From: Antedon mediterranea
Lineage: Eukaryota > Animalia > Echinodermata
Reading direction: 5' to 3'
Assembly (NCBI RefSeq): GCF_964355755.1
Contig: NC_092670.1
Coordinates: forward strand, 7,306,201 to 7,370,200
DNA length: 64,000 nucleotides
A program made the translations under genes and the position numbers. Every line of letters starts with the position of its first letter. The first letter of the stretch is position 1. The notes beneath the pieces are model-generated. The model saw only the letters and a program-made list of their open reading frames with translations. It did not search any database and was not told where the DNA came from. This document shows, in pieces, positions 1 to 14,589 of the stretch.

Positions 1-545
1 GTAATTACAGTTCTGCTTTTTAATAATTAATTTGAAAATATCATTCTTTTCTTGCCATTGTGTCTTAGTTTTATAAGGTAAAATGTGATTACTGAATTTT
101 GAATACATCTATTTTTTAACTGTGTTAATATCCCGTATAAAAGGCCGGGATATAGATATTTAGGAGACAAAAAACTGGAGATACATGCATTCTATTGTCT
201 CCAGACATACGAGTATCAGGTGTACCAAATTGTCATGAAGGTATCTTAAAATGGCGGATTATAATACTCGTTATATCTTATTAAAAAGTAATATAAGTAG
301 GCCTAATTATTATAATTATTATCTTTAGTTAGTACTTAAAAATCATAAACACTTACCGTATCATTTAACTTACTTTGTAATGTCATTGTTGTTGTTAGGT
401 TGTACGACACAAGTTTTGTTTCTGGCAAAGGTCCGCCCCACCCTATGCCAACCAACCCCCCACCCCCACACCAGTTAAAACTCAATACAAGTGTGGATAA
501 TGATGACATTTTATTTAAGTATCTTAAATTAATATAAAATATTAC

Positions 546-2477
546 CTGTCAATAAGTTAGCAGTGGAAGCAGGAATTGTGAACTGAGACTCAATAAACTT
601 TGGTACAAATTTGACAAAACCACTGACTATAGAAAACTCTGCACATGCCGTCATACATACAAAGAAGTATATTGGATTACTGACAAGTCTCCAGAACGCA
701 TGAGGTAATTCTAGATAATAATAATAAAAAACAAATGTCAATAGTTGTCAATAATTCAATTAGTTTTGCTACGAGCAATACCAAAGTTTGGATGTAGAAC
801 ATTTACTATAAATGTGTTTATCCAAACGTCAGTTTAACCATGGAGGATCACTAACATAAATCGAATTGTGCCTATTATAGTTTATAATATATGATCTATG
901 TATATAATGACATGCACAGTGCTTTGGAAAGATTACGCACATGTAAAAACAGGTGCTAGGTAAACGTTCAACACATGACGTAACACACCTTTTAAGGATG
1001 AACTTTGAAAGCTCATTTGTACTCTTCCTTCTGAAGGATCTTTACAAACATCATCGTCAAGTTCTTCTTGTTTGTGCATCTTCTGTGGATACATTATTAT
1101 TGGACATGCTGTGAAAAATATGCAAATTGAACAGACGAGAAATCCTAGCCACCATGCACCCACCCACTGTTCATCGTCAGGTGATACCTTAATATCATCG
1201 TCATCAACACGTCCTACATCAACGTACACCTTCAGGAAAAGACTTCCGAATACATAGCCGAGTGCTGGACCTGCGGCTCCCATACAGTATAATACACCTG
1301 CCAAAATAGAATCTTACTTTAAGCGAACTCTGTACTACATACAATGTGTACGTAAGTCATAATAAGTAATAATAAATAATTGTATAATGCAAAACAGAAC
1401 TTAAATCATCAAAAAAAAGAGGAAACGTGTAGGCCTATAATTACTTAATTGTTATGTGCCCATAATATATTATATGTAAAGGATGATGTCATATCACTAC
1501 CATATTTGAGCATATCACTACATCTGGTAACACAATTTGTTTTTTCAAAAGTAGTGTAAATATAATAAACTATATGGCACTCCATGCGTGAGTTTGTTCC
1601 ATGGTTAAACACTCTTAAGTTAAGCTGATGACGTTCTTAGATATATTACGTGTATATACGTATTAATAAATCACAGACACGCATGGCAAATACGGAAAGG
1701 TTTGAAACCTCTAGGCCTATATAAATTACACGGATCTAGTAGTAAAATAATGTTCTACTTACTGATAAATATGGATCCTTCACTTCTCTTAGCAAAGTCA
1801 TCTATATATATAGTACCAAGCGTCAACACTGATGTTGATCCAATACCTATAAGAAACTCTGCTAGGATAAACACGGCAATGGTACCACGATGACTTATCT
1901 CTTGACTCTCACAAGTTAAGTTTTGTATGTTATTAGAAGATAAACACGTGTTTTCTAAATCTTCCATTTCATTAACAATAATATAAGATGGTTCATAAAC
2001 TGGACCTAGAAAGTGTGGAATAGTGTAAACAGCAGCGCCGAGTGACATTAAAAAAGAACTGAATGTTATCCATTTTGGCTTGTTGGCTGTTGGTCTACCT
2101 CCAAGATAGCTTGTGAATATAACAGCTGACAAACAGCCGATGTCATAAACACTGACAATGAAACCGACGAGGTACGTTGGTAAATCATACCGACGCTGGA
2201 TGGTTGTAACCACGCTACCTATGTAACCAACGGCTAAAGTACCTTGAAAAACCGAGAGAATCGCGAGTGAAAGCACAAATTTTCGAATGGTTGCAAAACA
2301 TTGTATGCAGCTAGGGCGAAATGACCAACATCCACAGCGCCCTACGACATAGTCAATATCAAATTCATCGTTAGATGTGCTTGTGGATATATCTACACTT
2401 GATTGTGATAACTTAGTGTTATTGTTCGCGTTGTCGCATTGTAGAGAGCCATTCTTTAAATTACTTTCCGAATCCAT
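546..2477 (-). CDS. Solute carrier organic anion transporter (SLCO/OATP family), 5' part; gene continues beyond the left edge
   Basis: Three phase-compatible GT-AG exons: 2477-1763 (ATG MDSESNLK...), 1297-989, 710-546. OATP hallmarks: CGCWSFRPSCIQCF, TTIQRRYDL, SYLGGR...KPKW, LGTIYIDD, GPALGY, D-x-x-WVGAWWLGF, L-x-x-NPIY, KFIESQF. Confidence 0.95.
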
Positions 2478-5400
2478 AGCGTACCTCACTATACTTACTG
2501 TACTAACACATTGCTTAGATATTGAACAATGATGTGCTCGCAGCTCTATTGAGATGTAACGGGGTCAGATATAGATAAGAACGAAGTCCAAACCACCAAG
2601 AACAAACACACACAAAATTAATAAATTAATTATTTACTAGATTCATAGTTAGTCTCTAAACTTTATCAGCTATTTAAATACAGAAATAGGGAAGTTGTCA
2701 TAATTGATACGATGATACAATCACATTATCTTAAAAGACTTTTAGAATGTAATTGCCTTACTCCTAATAATACTTAACTTTACAGTTTTAAAATGTACTT
2801 GTATCGATATGTTTTACAGTAGGTTGGCAAATAGAAAAAGAAAGAGAGTTACATAGGAACGGACTCTTTTTTTAAATGTTCAACTTCTGTAATAAGAGAT
2901 GTGATAAAATGTATCACTAAATAATAACTAACTAGCTAATCGAATTTTTTCAGTCCAAAATTATAATATGTAGTGTACAAATATATTATAGTAAAACACT
3001 AGCGGTTCGTAGACTTAATTTAAATTATATATATTAAAAATATATATATCAAAATATATATTTTATATAATAATGGGGTATTCTGTGCCTAAATTACACT
3101 TATGTATCTCAATCATTCCTGGATAGGTCTATAATAAACACTAAGTACTATCAACAGGCAACAGCGACCTGTTCAATTTTTAATTTATATTTACTAGATG
3201 GTACAATGGAAACTGTAATTTCGGTGTAGAAATGTACAAATAGGCTACGCAGGCTATGTGTACCGCAGTACTATGTATAACTAAATGCATGTCGTCCACA
3301 CGGAACGGATAAAAATAACTATAATAGCCTACGGTGATTCCTGCAGTCAAATAAAATTACTTTTAACCTACTATTACTTTTTCAATCATGTTCATACCTA
3401 TATATTATGCAGACATATGTATTACATTTACCTATCAGGCACAATTTGTGTGTTTATCACGGTGCTATAATGTATGGTTACTGAAGTTGCTATGGTATCA
3501 TCTATCTTTTAGAGAACCAAAATACTGTATTTTTTGTAGGCACTTATTTATTATTGAAGGTAATAAGTCTGGAAGAGGGATTATAATGTTTTATTAATCT
3601 CCGACAAGCAATATTTTTGGTTTAAACGTATTCTATACATTAAAATAATATTTTATAAACGTTGTTTGTCAGTTAACATTATAATACTGCACAATTAAAA
3701 CAGCTATTGTAGAAGGAGATAAGATAAACCCGTGGTCCAGAGTTCAATCCTGACCTAGTGTCAGTGTTGTAACTCACGACTCTTCAACTCACTCCCTAAG
3801 CCTCAAATGTTGGATGCGTATGAACAAAAAAAAACAACAAAACTTAAGAAAAGATTATTTTGAGCGGGTATGTTTCAGCATCACGAACTTTTCGTTATGT
3901 AAACTAAACTCGTTTCAATCGTCATTAACTATCTAACTAATCTAAGTGTACTGGTTTTCATTAGGTGTTTAAAATAAGTCCAAAAAACAGTGTGTACCAA
4001 TTTTCTATACCATTGAGTGAAGTTACGCTTGATTACCCGTACATAAATCAATATATAGATTAAAAACTATACCCTTAGGAGATATTCATTGTTTCCTTTA
4101 TATCAGCAAAATGTAAACCATGGAGGTTCCTCCATGTGTAAACTAAGCTGATGTTTCTACAATGTTATACTATATTATAATACCGTGTATGCAGTTTGGC
4201 CGTAATAGAATACAGCATAGCCTGCCACTGTACAGCTTCTTCTGTAAAACAATTATTTCAATCTTCTAATTCCTGCCAGTCAAATCATTGGGTTAGAACT
4301 CCAGTGGTCGATATTTTAAATAATACAGTGATATGTACAAGGTAGGTTAAGTGAATGTATTTAGCAGTAAGGAGATATGGACAAGATGTTAACATGGTGC
4401 ATTTTCATTAACTTTTAATAGAGTGTAGGTAAAAAACTCCTCATCTTTCTAAAATATTGCTTTATAATATCTATAGAACAGTCTTATTCGCCATAAGAAA
4501 GAATGTTTTCCTCGGCAGATCATTTTGTTTGTTTTAGTTTGACCTGTGACAAAATATGATCGGTTTTTATTTTTTTTTATTTTTTTTTTTTTTTTGAATC
4601 CACATAAGAGAAGAAAGTAAAAAAGTTAAATGAAAATTTAAGAAGTTATAGATGCAAAAAAGGATCTGCTGGTTTTGTAAACATTAAAGAACAAAAATAT
4701 TAATATTAATATTAATGTTAAAGGATGAGAACAATATTATGTTAACAGTAAACATTTAGTAAGTAATGAGTATAACAGAGAATATGCATTGTTAAATGAA
4801 AATGTGGTAGATGAAAAAATCAAAAACAACTATGTAAGAAAAAAAATAAGCTTGTTAATGAAAATGTGTTACAGATAATATGTTTAAAAAGAGGAAGCTA
4901 TGTAATCAATGTGATAATATGTAAACAAATGAATAAAACTCTTTAAATAAGTATATGTATACAGATGATTTAACAAACATTGTAAATATAATGATATGTA
5001 TAGTGTATAGTGAAAAATATATGTAAAGAGAACAGTGGGAAATAAAAGTGGGATGAACCCACATAAGATAAAAAAAAAAAATATGATCGGTTTCTAAAAC
5101 GTATTTTTACATTTTTATGACGCACATAATTAAACATGACACTGAATTATAAAAGTTAGAGAATAAAATGGTTCTTGGATATTTCAAGATGCACTGTTCT
5201 CCAAAACATAAAAGTGAATACAACTAAAATTGTAATAGGTCATTTTGTAGTTTTATTAAAAGTTAATCACACAAAAAATAGTAATTTCGCTTATAATTAA
5301 AACGAAGGAATAATTAAATATTGTGTATCTAAACCACACCCCCACCCGACTCCCAAAAATACAAAAACAAAAACAAAAAACGAAATTAACTAAATTTTGG

Positions 5401-5819
5401 TGAGCTATGTTTTATAAACGTTTATATTCACATAATTGGTTGAAAAAAAAACCACTGTACTTATATTATGTATGTCAGAAATGAGTGGCATTACTTTATA
5501 TGAATAACTATGGATTAATTCCATATCTTTGCTACTTTCTATAGCAAATAATTTATGATTTTGTACTTTGAAATATGCGCATTCAAAAACTTTTCATAAA
5601 TATTTGCATATATATATTTTTTGTATAGTTTTTTAATCATATGTACTGTAAATGATAACTTCTGTAAATAGTTTTTTAGTAAGTAACGGCCTTGTGAAAA
5701 ACACCAATATGGTGATTAAAGTGTTGCATCCGATTTTAAATAAAGTTATTATTATTATTATTATAAAATTGTTCAAAAATGCTTTATTTAGGTATCGTTA
5801 TAATGATAATCAATCCATA

Positions 5820-6770
5820 TCAGTCGGAAGTATTAGTTTCGATTTCCTGTGAAAATGACTGTAACTTTTTTAGATAGGTTTTTCGGTTTGTAGACAACAT
5901 ACATTCTTTATATCGTTGTTGGCGTTCTAATTGAGAGAGGGGACGATAGTTACATCGGCGTGTCATATTTTCTTTACGATTATTACAAGCTGGCGGATCG
6001 CTAACAGTAATAGTATTGTCTTCAATAGTATTGGTTTCCGCAGCATTTATCGCTGGAATTTCATCATGATGGATTCCTATTGAACTGCCATTGTTTTCTT
6101 CCGGAAAACTTGTAACCGTTTTCATTGTGTCCATATCTCTCATATTTAGTTGCTGCAATGCATTGTGATCTTGTTGTAACGTATTATGATGTCGTGGTAA
6201 CGCATTAAAATGTTGTTGTAACGCATTATGGTCAACATAGCTCATTGGTAGAGGATCTAACAAGTGACGCAGCATCGAAGACTTTTCACCCTGCGGTTGT
6301 GGATGTTGATCTTTAATAAATATACTTTGACTTTGCTTAGGGATGTTTAAGTGTGTATTATTGCATACTCCACTGTTTCCCGGAGTACCGCCTTCAACAG
6401 GACGTAGGCCTACATTTTTATTTGAAAACGCAGGACCCGTATACACAAGATGTTTATTTGGTACAATATCAGAACATGGATTTAATACTTCGCTACACGA
6501 ATGGCTGTCTTCGGATTGTATAAATTTCGATTGGCTGAAGGATGTTTCATCTTTAGGATCATCCGAAAAGTCAAAATCTGGTGGAATCTCAAGAATATCC
6601 ATGTTACTAGATGAGTCTGCGCCGAACACAATCGCACGAAGATAGTTGGATTGTCCTTCTTTGGAGATAATTAAAGTCGGTGGAAAGTTTGAATCATCTT
6701 GGTACACTGGTACCATACATGGATCTTGATTATGAATTAAATCATAAATTCTTTTTCCGTTAGTTGTCAT
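5820..6770 (-). CDS. Uncharacterised single-coding-exon protein (~316 aa), probably largely disordered
   Basis: 950-bp stop-free frame in very AT-rich DNA. First ATG at 6770, splice-acceptor-like tract (ttttctccattttag) at ~6840, AATAAA ~32 nt past the stop (5788-5783). No recognisable domain. Confidence 0.6.
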   Translation of the reverse strand: MTTNGKRIYDLIHNQDPCMVPVYQDDSNFPPTLIISKEGQSNYLRAIVFGADSSSNMDILEIPPDFDFSDDPKDETSFSQSKFIQSEDSHSCSEVLNPCSDIVPNKHLVYTGPAFSNKNVGLRPVEGGTPGNSGVCNNTHLNIPKQSQSIFIKDQHPQPQGEKSSMLRHLLDPLPMSYVDHNALQQHFNALPRHHNTLQQDHNALQQLNMRDMDTMKTVTSFPEENNGSSIGIHHDEIPAINAAETNTIEDNTITVSDPPACNNRKENMTRRCNYRPLSQLERQQRYKECMLSTNRKTYLKKLQSFSQEIETNTSD

Positions 6771-8524
6771 TTTTACCAAATGCTATTGTTCCGATTGATT
6801 TTATATTCTACAGATATATGATATCCAAAAAGAGTTTTACTAAAATGGAGAAAACAAATATAATGTATTTGTAAGTTATAGAATGAGTTTTTATTGAAGT
6901 ATTTACAAATATCCATCGCATGCCTGTATGTACATTGAGCAAGATTTTAATTCTCGCCTTAAAAAAAAATGTAAACGCTCTTATTTTAAGAAATAGTTAG
7001 TTCAGTTAAGTACTGGAATGACCTTTGACATTGACCCCAAAGACAAATTCATTATTATGAATCTGTATGGTCATGTTTATATTCGAGTTTAGTACATTAG
7101 AAACTACACACTTCTGTATGGTTTATGAGATAACTGTGGTTAAAGTTGTCAAATGGCAGCCATTTTGATTTTATGCAAATTAGGTCACTAATTATACTGG
7201 ACAATTCAGGTTAGATTTTGGATATAGCATTCTCTAATATATTTTGGAGATATTTCAACAATGAAAAACAATAATGCAATGTGTTTGATTCAAAGGCTAT
7301 GTTGAGCTATTCCACTAGACATAGCTAGGCCTAGGCCTAATATAAACTAGTTATTTGTAACAGCGTAACGTAATCGTTTCTAATAATGTTACTTGATGCC
7401 TAACTTGAATTCATTTCTTATTGTACTTACTGTTTGTCAGCTTTCAAATAACTTGTTTAAAATAAAATAAAATTGTGAAATTCTAGCTGAAATCCTACCT
7501 GTACGTTTCTCCTGAAATTATAAACCGTACTACTAGTCTAATGAACAACAAAGCATTATATCCAATGAAACTTATTATCAAAGTACTAAGAATAGGCCTA
7601 CAATATTGTATTGAATAATACGTACATTTATGGTGTTCATTAAACCATGACCAAGGCCAACCTTTCTTTAATCGCAGTTTAATAATGTGAGCGTTTCTAT
7701 ATTTGGAATCATAACCATACAATCCAAAAATGTATTGTTATTCCTTTTCCCTAAAACCTATTTGAATTTACTGACACGTAAAGATACGCTTATCAACCTG
7801 TATTATGTATTGAGTGTCCAAAATATATAATCATACAATGGATTGCGGTATACATGTGTGTTTCCAAATACAATTGCATATACTTTTTTTGGAAACACTT
7901 GGTGTTACTTAAAATCATAATGATTAAACATATAGCTGTATTATGGGAGATTTTTCCAAATGGCAGGAATTTCATTCACAAGGAGTAAGCCTACTTAAAG
8001 TGTGTAACGGGCAAATGGGATGCAGGAAGTAGGGCAATCTCTTCTTTGATGAATAGTAAAGAAAAAGTAAGATATTTAGAAAATATAGAAAACAATAGCA
8101 AAGACTAGACAGTTTTCTTCTATTCCCAAAGACATGTACACTGTGACAAAGTATTAGGTGTGTGTTGATGAAGTAACACCCCACATCTATTTTCCGCGCT
8201 ACTGCACTTGCTATAAATGAAAAGAATTTCTTGCAAACAATACAATACGTCAAGCCCATTTGGTATTGCACAGTATATTGTGTATTGCTTCACGTTTTAA
8301 AGCTACATTGTTAAACTGCATTTAACTGAATAAAACCACACCATGTATCTATTCATGCTTTTATAATATCAGGTAATTGGTGCTAACTACACGAAAATAA
8401 AACATTCGAATATATGTATAGCCTACCCACACAGTCGCGGGCTAACATTATAAGATGACCATTATGGCTTCTTTCATACCTTGGCCAAGGTATAAGCTGG
8501 GCCTGCTTTATGTGATTGGATCTT

Positions 8525-8846
8525 ATGGGACAGTTATGGGAAAATTTACCAAATACACCAAATGTCAAAACGCCCTCTATAATTGAAGATAGCCGACGTC
8601 CTCATTCCTAAATGCTAATAACTGAATTTAACCCGCTAAACAATCTCTATTAAAATATAATAATATATATTAAAAAGACATCGAAATGGGACAGTTATGG
8701 GAAAATTTACCAAATACACCAAATGTCAAAACGCCCTCTATAATTGAAGATAGCCGACGTCCTCATTCCTAAATGCTAATAACTGAATTTAACCCGCTAA
8801 ACAATCTCTATTAAAATATAATAATATATATTAAAAAGACATCGAA
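8525..8846. repeat. Perfect 161-bp tandem duplication (8525-8685 / 8686-8846)
   Basis: Two adjacent copies from ATGGGACAGTTATGGG to GACATCGAA that read identically. Confidence 0.95.
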
Positions 8847-9292
8847 GAATTCGATGGGGTTGTTCAAACAGTCCACAACGTGAAGTCTACACAATTGCAC
8901 CACACAAGATGTAACCCATGATATATATGCGTTCTGATTGGTTAAACTGTAGTGGGCACAAATATCCGTAGATAAAAATATGTAAGCAGCCTAATGTTTT
9001 ATCTTGTTATAAACCTTTTTTTTTCGCCCTGGGTGGCCCTGGGTGTTCCATAATTAGGTAATCCACCACAATAATACTGATAGTAAGTAAAATGTTATCT
9101 ATAAAATAGTACTAATCTTTGTACTGTAGCCTACCTCCATAGAGTAATTATGCACACCATTGTTGTACTGTTTGCATGTGTTTGCACGCATGTTCAGATC
9201 ATTGTTGACTTCTTTTGGCAAATTCAAATATTACAGAAAACGAAAGTCCTTCAATTATAATACTAGTAGACTATACAACAAACTGGAACAAA

Positions 9293-12236
9293 ATGACACG
9301 TATCAGAAGTATTCAGAGAGAACATGCAGAAGACTCTCGAAGAAAGCAAGTAGCAATAATAGTTAATAGTACTGTATAGGTAAGACAAGTAAGGAGTAGA
9401 TAATTGAGAGAGTGATCAAGAAAGTGAATTTGTGAATGTGTCGATTACATTGACCGATTGATAACACATAAGTGAAGAAGAGTACAAGAATGAACAATAT
9501 CATAAGAATGGCATTGATAAAAATGTAATAATAACAATTAATGGTGCCTAAAATCACTATTAAATTTCAGTTATTTCATTCATAATTTTACATCAACGAT
9601 GGCCTTTAACAAAAGCATACACACACTGATCCCTTCATTCAAGTTGCACTCTGGTCCCCAAGTCTTATTTTTATTTGCCTATTTAATTAGATTATGCAAT
9701 TTACCTTTTGTGACCTTTCAGCGGAATTACTCGTTTAATCAATTGATTTTCTCAACCAAATAGTGAGGATAACCAGGTAAACTACACCAACTCGTCCACA
9801 ACCGTTTTAAAAGCAAACGTATGAAATAATTCGCTTAGTCCTGGATGAGGATAGCCATAAATAAGGAAAAATAAAAAAAATACAGTTTATGAAATGCATA
9901 TTTTGTTTTGAAAATATCTCTACCAACTAATATGTCTACTAATTTTATTAGATGGTTCTCGGAACATTAATTGGATTTTTTGGTATAATGGCAACAACTT
10001 TAGATTGCAGTATCTATTTCGGAGCAGGTATCTGGCAAGGAATTCTGGTAAGAGTATCCTAGGCCTATATTCTTAAAAATGTATCCATCCCATTATAATC
10101 TAGTGAAAATGAAACTTTGGTGAATTTGTTTACAAACTGAAGAAAACTTGTTAATGGTTAATTACAATAGAATTTAAAACGTATTTCTAAAACTACGATA
10201 TAAATTGGATTGTTTTTTATTTGTATAGTTCTGTTCTGTTTCAGATAGCGATTGTCGCTAAGTTTGGGCTAATTTTTAATAACCCTATACTTGTTGAACT
10301 AAGAATCTGCCTAGTAAGTATTAAAAACTGTAAATATCACTAAATATACCAATAATGGTAATTATAATACAGTTATAAATGTTTCTTAATTGCACTACAT
10401 TACAGTTATCTTAGTGTTGACAATAGAGAGCCCTATAAAATGTCCTACAGAATTCTATAGAACATTCCAGCATAGAACATATAGAAGGGTTAATTCACAA
10501 ATCTTATTAATATATCAAATTGTATGTATCTTACGCCGTTTTTCCACAGCCAACAATTAACCGATAATTAAACGATATAGTTCCTGTGGAAACGGGGTTT
10601 AACCGATTCCACGGGAATATCCGATTATCTCATTCAAATCAGCTAATTATCGGATAACTGTGATAATTGTTAACCTTTGACCTATTGAAGAAATTGTTGC
10701 GTGTGATTGGGATCTTGGTCGTTCGGTACCGTAATGTCTGATCATGCGCACATTATTTTATTGTTTTTATTATTTGATTGGTTAAAAAAGGAACCAATAA
10801 TTTTGTTACGGCTGTGTAAACACGGCCAAAATAATTATTTTTCTATAAAAATATTTAACAATTTCTCTGTCGTTCAAGTTTTACCTTGAATGAAAGATTG
10901 AGATATTGATTGAATGCAGATCTTTTTATTAAAAATGTATTTCCACATATTTAAATTCTAATTTTCTATTTTCAGCTAGTTACATTTAACGTAGGCTGTA
11001 TTATTGTTGGTTTGAACTCATTATTTATCATTGTTTTAGCGTCTATTGCTGCCTCTAAAGAAAAATACTATGTAAGAACAAATCATTTTGAATCTTATCT
11101 TAATTCTAAAATATTATTTTTATCGAAGACCACATAAAATGTTATCCTATAGTTCTAAAATGAACACTTTTTAAATTTACTTTTTTTATGTAAGAAAATA
11201 TTTATATATCTATTATATGAAGGACAGTAAATAGTTGTTATTATAATTATTATTCATATTAATTTCATTAATTATTAAGGCTAAGATGAAAATGTTTTTG
11301 ATTTATTTTGTTGTCTGTTTAGATTTGTTAATCTATTGACGTCGTTTATTATCGTCCGTTGTATAGTCCGTTGTATAAACAATAAATTTGTTGTATTTTT
11401 ATCTTAATATTTATTAATTAACACTTTTACATCGTATGGGCACTGTAGAACGCTCTTGTATTATTTATTGTTTAACATTTATCAATCGTTATTTTAAAAT
11501 AAATCAATACAGGATGCAATTATTGGCACTGGTTACCGGATTTGTATGGATATATCTTTGGTTATTCTGTGTGTTGTTGAGGTGGTTATTGTGTTATGGG
11601 CATTGTTCCTGACGTCAGAAGACGCTTATTGCTCACCACATATTGAATCGGTAAGGAAAGGTGTAAAGAAAACAATAAATACTGACAAATGCAGTGTAAA
11701 AGATAAAAAAGTTTCTATGCCTTGCCTCCCTCAACCAATATGTCGAAATCCTGGATTCACATTGGTTGGGAGGTTGATACTTTTTTTCTCTAAAATAACT
11801 ATGTAATACATGTGAATTCATGGTGGGCCTTGGGATGTGCTTGCTCGCGAATTCCTCGGTAGGATTGTTTGTACAGACGACGATATAGTTTACATGTATT
11901 TTGATTCATTCAGTCAATTAACTATGTTTGAATATCTTGGTAGGTAAACACACAACCTGGTATGCAAAATGATGACGGTTTTTTATTAACCAGGGAGTAC
12001 CCACTACAACCACCACAACAAGTCGGTAAGCTCAGTACATTAATATAGGCCCACATAATATTAATTTAATAAATTATTTTGGTTTAAAAGCGCACTATAA
12101 TAAGAAAATCATAGAATAGAGCAGCATTTCAATTCTTTGGTGACCGTGTTTTATAGTAGCAGATGCTTATGTTTAATTTTAAAAGAAAGTATATTTTGTA
12201 AATATCACAGGCACACAACCAACCCTACAATACTAG
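9293..12236 (+). pseudogene. MS4A/CD20-like 4-TM gene, copy 1; truncated or pseudogenised (two in-frame TAGs)
   Basis: Exons homologous to copies 2-4: ~9293-9379 (ends GTA TAG|gtaag), 9952-10047 (MVLGTLIG...GAGIWQGIL), 10245-10313, 10976-11071, 11513-11650, 11944-12025, then ~12190/12211-12303 with TAG at 12234-12236 where copies 2-3 have CAA/CAG. Confidence 0.75.
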
Positions 12237-14589
12237 TCGTACCCGGGCCACTATCCACTCCAGTCGTACACAGGCCAACCAAACCAGAACCAACCAAGTC
12301 AGGGTAAGTTTTCCGATAAGTGCAGTCGCATGTTTGTTTGTAATATGTATTGCTATGTTTTGGAACAAAACATTAACACAAGATGAACTCAAAAATGTTA
12401 ATATTCTCTCCTTACAGGAAAATTACGGTATTTCGAAGTTATTTTAATAACGATATAACATAATTTTGAAATAAACAGCATTATCAGAAAACAACCCCTG
12501 ATATTGGAGATTTTTAATAAGTAATGATGACTGCCAAGATCAGTATATTCTCATTATATTATGTTTATATTGTAGTTTCTCTGAATATGGAGAATGTTTC
12601 GATTACACAGAAGAAATAAATGGTAGCTGGTAGCATACATTATTGGAACATAATAGATCAACGGGGAGCTGGAATATTTTATGCAGTATTTCATTATGTT
12701 TTATTGATATGAAACCACCGCTGAATCAAAATAATAATAATAATAATATATCGATTTAGTTGACAACAGTTGGACAGATCGACAGAGAGTTGTTATATAT
12801 ATTTTTTTTCAACTTCGATTAGATTACAAGTGTAATAATAGTTTTCAGATACACTTAAGTTCGCTGGTGGCGCTACGAGACAATTTACAAGGCAAACTCA
12901 TTCCGTTCAAATAGGTCCAAATAAAACAAACTGAATATATATGTCTTTTATTTCGGTTTTCAGTCATCATCTTATCGATTCATATTTTTTCTGTGATCAC
13001 TTTAGATTTCTAGTTGTTTTCAAAACTCTCTCCTTTCTTGTTTAACCATTACCAAAAAGTGTTTATATAGATTGTCTAAAAGGCGTACTCATGACTGGCC
13101 TCTGGTCTTAATGTATTATTATTATTTTTTTTTATATTAAATAATATTTTTTAACACATTTACGGCCGCCATCTTGGTGGTTCCCTCTGCCTTTTCAGTG
13201 TGGAGTACGCCTTCTAGCATTCGGCTTATAAACAGCTCTCTGCCAAATTCACAACATAACATAGGAAGGACATTGTATACGCCCTCTATAATACAGTAGG
13301 TACTTACTCATCAAACACGTTATCTCTTTAATCTTCTGTAATATTATTATACTTTGTACTCGGCGTACACACTGTAGTAAATTATTAATGTAGCCATGGG
13401 TACATCATAAGTTCTAAAATGGTACGCGTGCGCATGTGCACGAACACAATAGTGAGAGTTTGATTGAATTTGTTTTATCTTAGTCTGTAGTGTGAGGAGA
13501 ATAAGCGCATTTATATAAAATATAATTTATAATATACAAAACAGCCCCTTTGTATCAATTATTTCGGTACGTTATCTATTTCAATGGATTAATAATTAAC
13601 CTTTTCAATGTTTGCTTAATCTATGTTCCGTGTTGTAAAAATTAGTGGTATTCAAAGTCCTAAACTCACAGACAGTAAAAGGTGTAAGGAAAATAGTTAA
13701 AGGTAAGAATATTGTTACATCTTTTTCTTAGTACAAATTAAAACAGCACGAGTTTTGGTGTTGATCTTTATAATAATTATACAATTATGTTTTCATATTG
13801 TATACTTTCCTCAATTGCTTTTCCGCATAAAAGTCTTGAAAGTGTGTTCAATTTGTCTGGTCCTAAGTTACGTTAGGCCTATAAATTATGTCTATACCAC
13901 CACCGAAAATGAAGTACAAAATATACTTCTCATTATGCAATACACCGCGCTTTAATTAGTTATTAATTAAGCTTTCCACAATATAGTGAAAATTCAACTA
14001 AAATGAATAATATCTTTACATAATTGACAGATTATGGATTTACTGCTACAGAAACACTTTCTCGTAAACTGGACATAGTCGTGCATAATATTTTATTAAT
14101 TTTGTCTATAATTCATGTGTACCAAATACATCATGTCATGTCTGTAAAACCAAAAACATTCCTCAACGATTATTTTTTTTTTAAACGTTATGACCCGGAA
14201 CTTATCAAAACAAATTTTGCAATTGTATTCATTAGCGCGTGTGTGGACGAATATGCGTACCAGTCATACATAACGTGTGTGTATTATAGGCCTACTAAAG
14301 TTTCTACATTTTTCAAGATAGGATTTAAAACTCAGGTTGAACAAACTAAAATGTGAACAGTCAAGGTGGATTCCCTATTTTATCATAGCCATAACATTAT
14401 TGATCATATCAATTTTCTTTTTCAAAGTAGTATTTTTGTAATTAAGTATAGTCGTTTTGATATTGATATAGCCTACATACATTAACACCGTAACTCCTCG
14501 GAAGCCCCTCGTTACACAAAGTGGACGGGCAAGCTATATTTTGTTGAGTTTATAAATACTATTACATTCAGATACTTTCAGTGAAAACC

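Noticed and set aside
6343-6645. Antisense ORFs (also 1072-1257, 35867-36187, 57808-58029, 18726-19043)
   Set aside because: Shadows of real coding exons or repeats on the opposite strand.
9377-12236. Alternative genetic code (TAG = Gln) explaining the copy 1 stops
   Set aside because: No internal TAG occurs in any other gene in the window; two C>T transitions are the simpler explanation.
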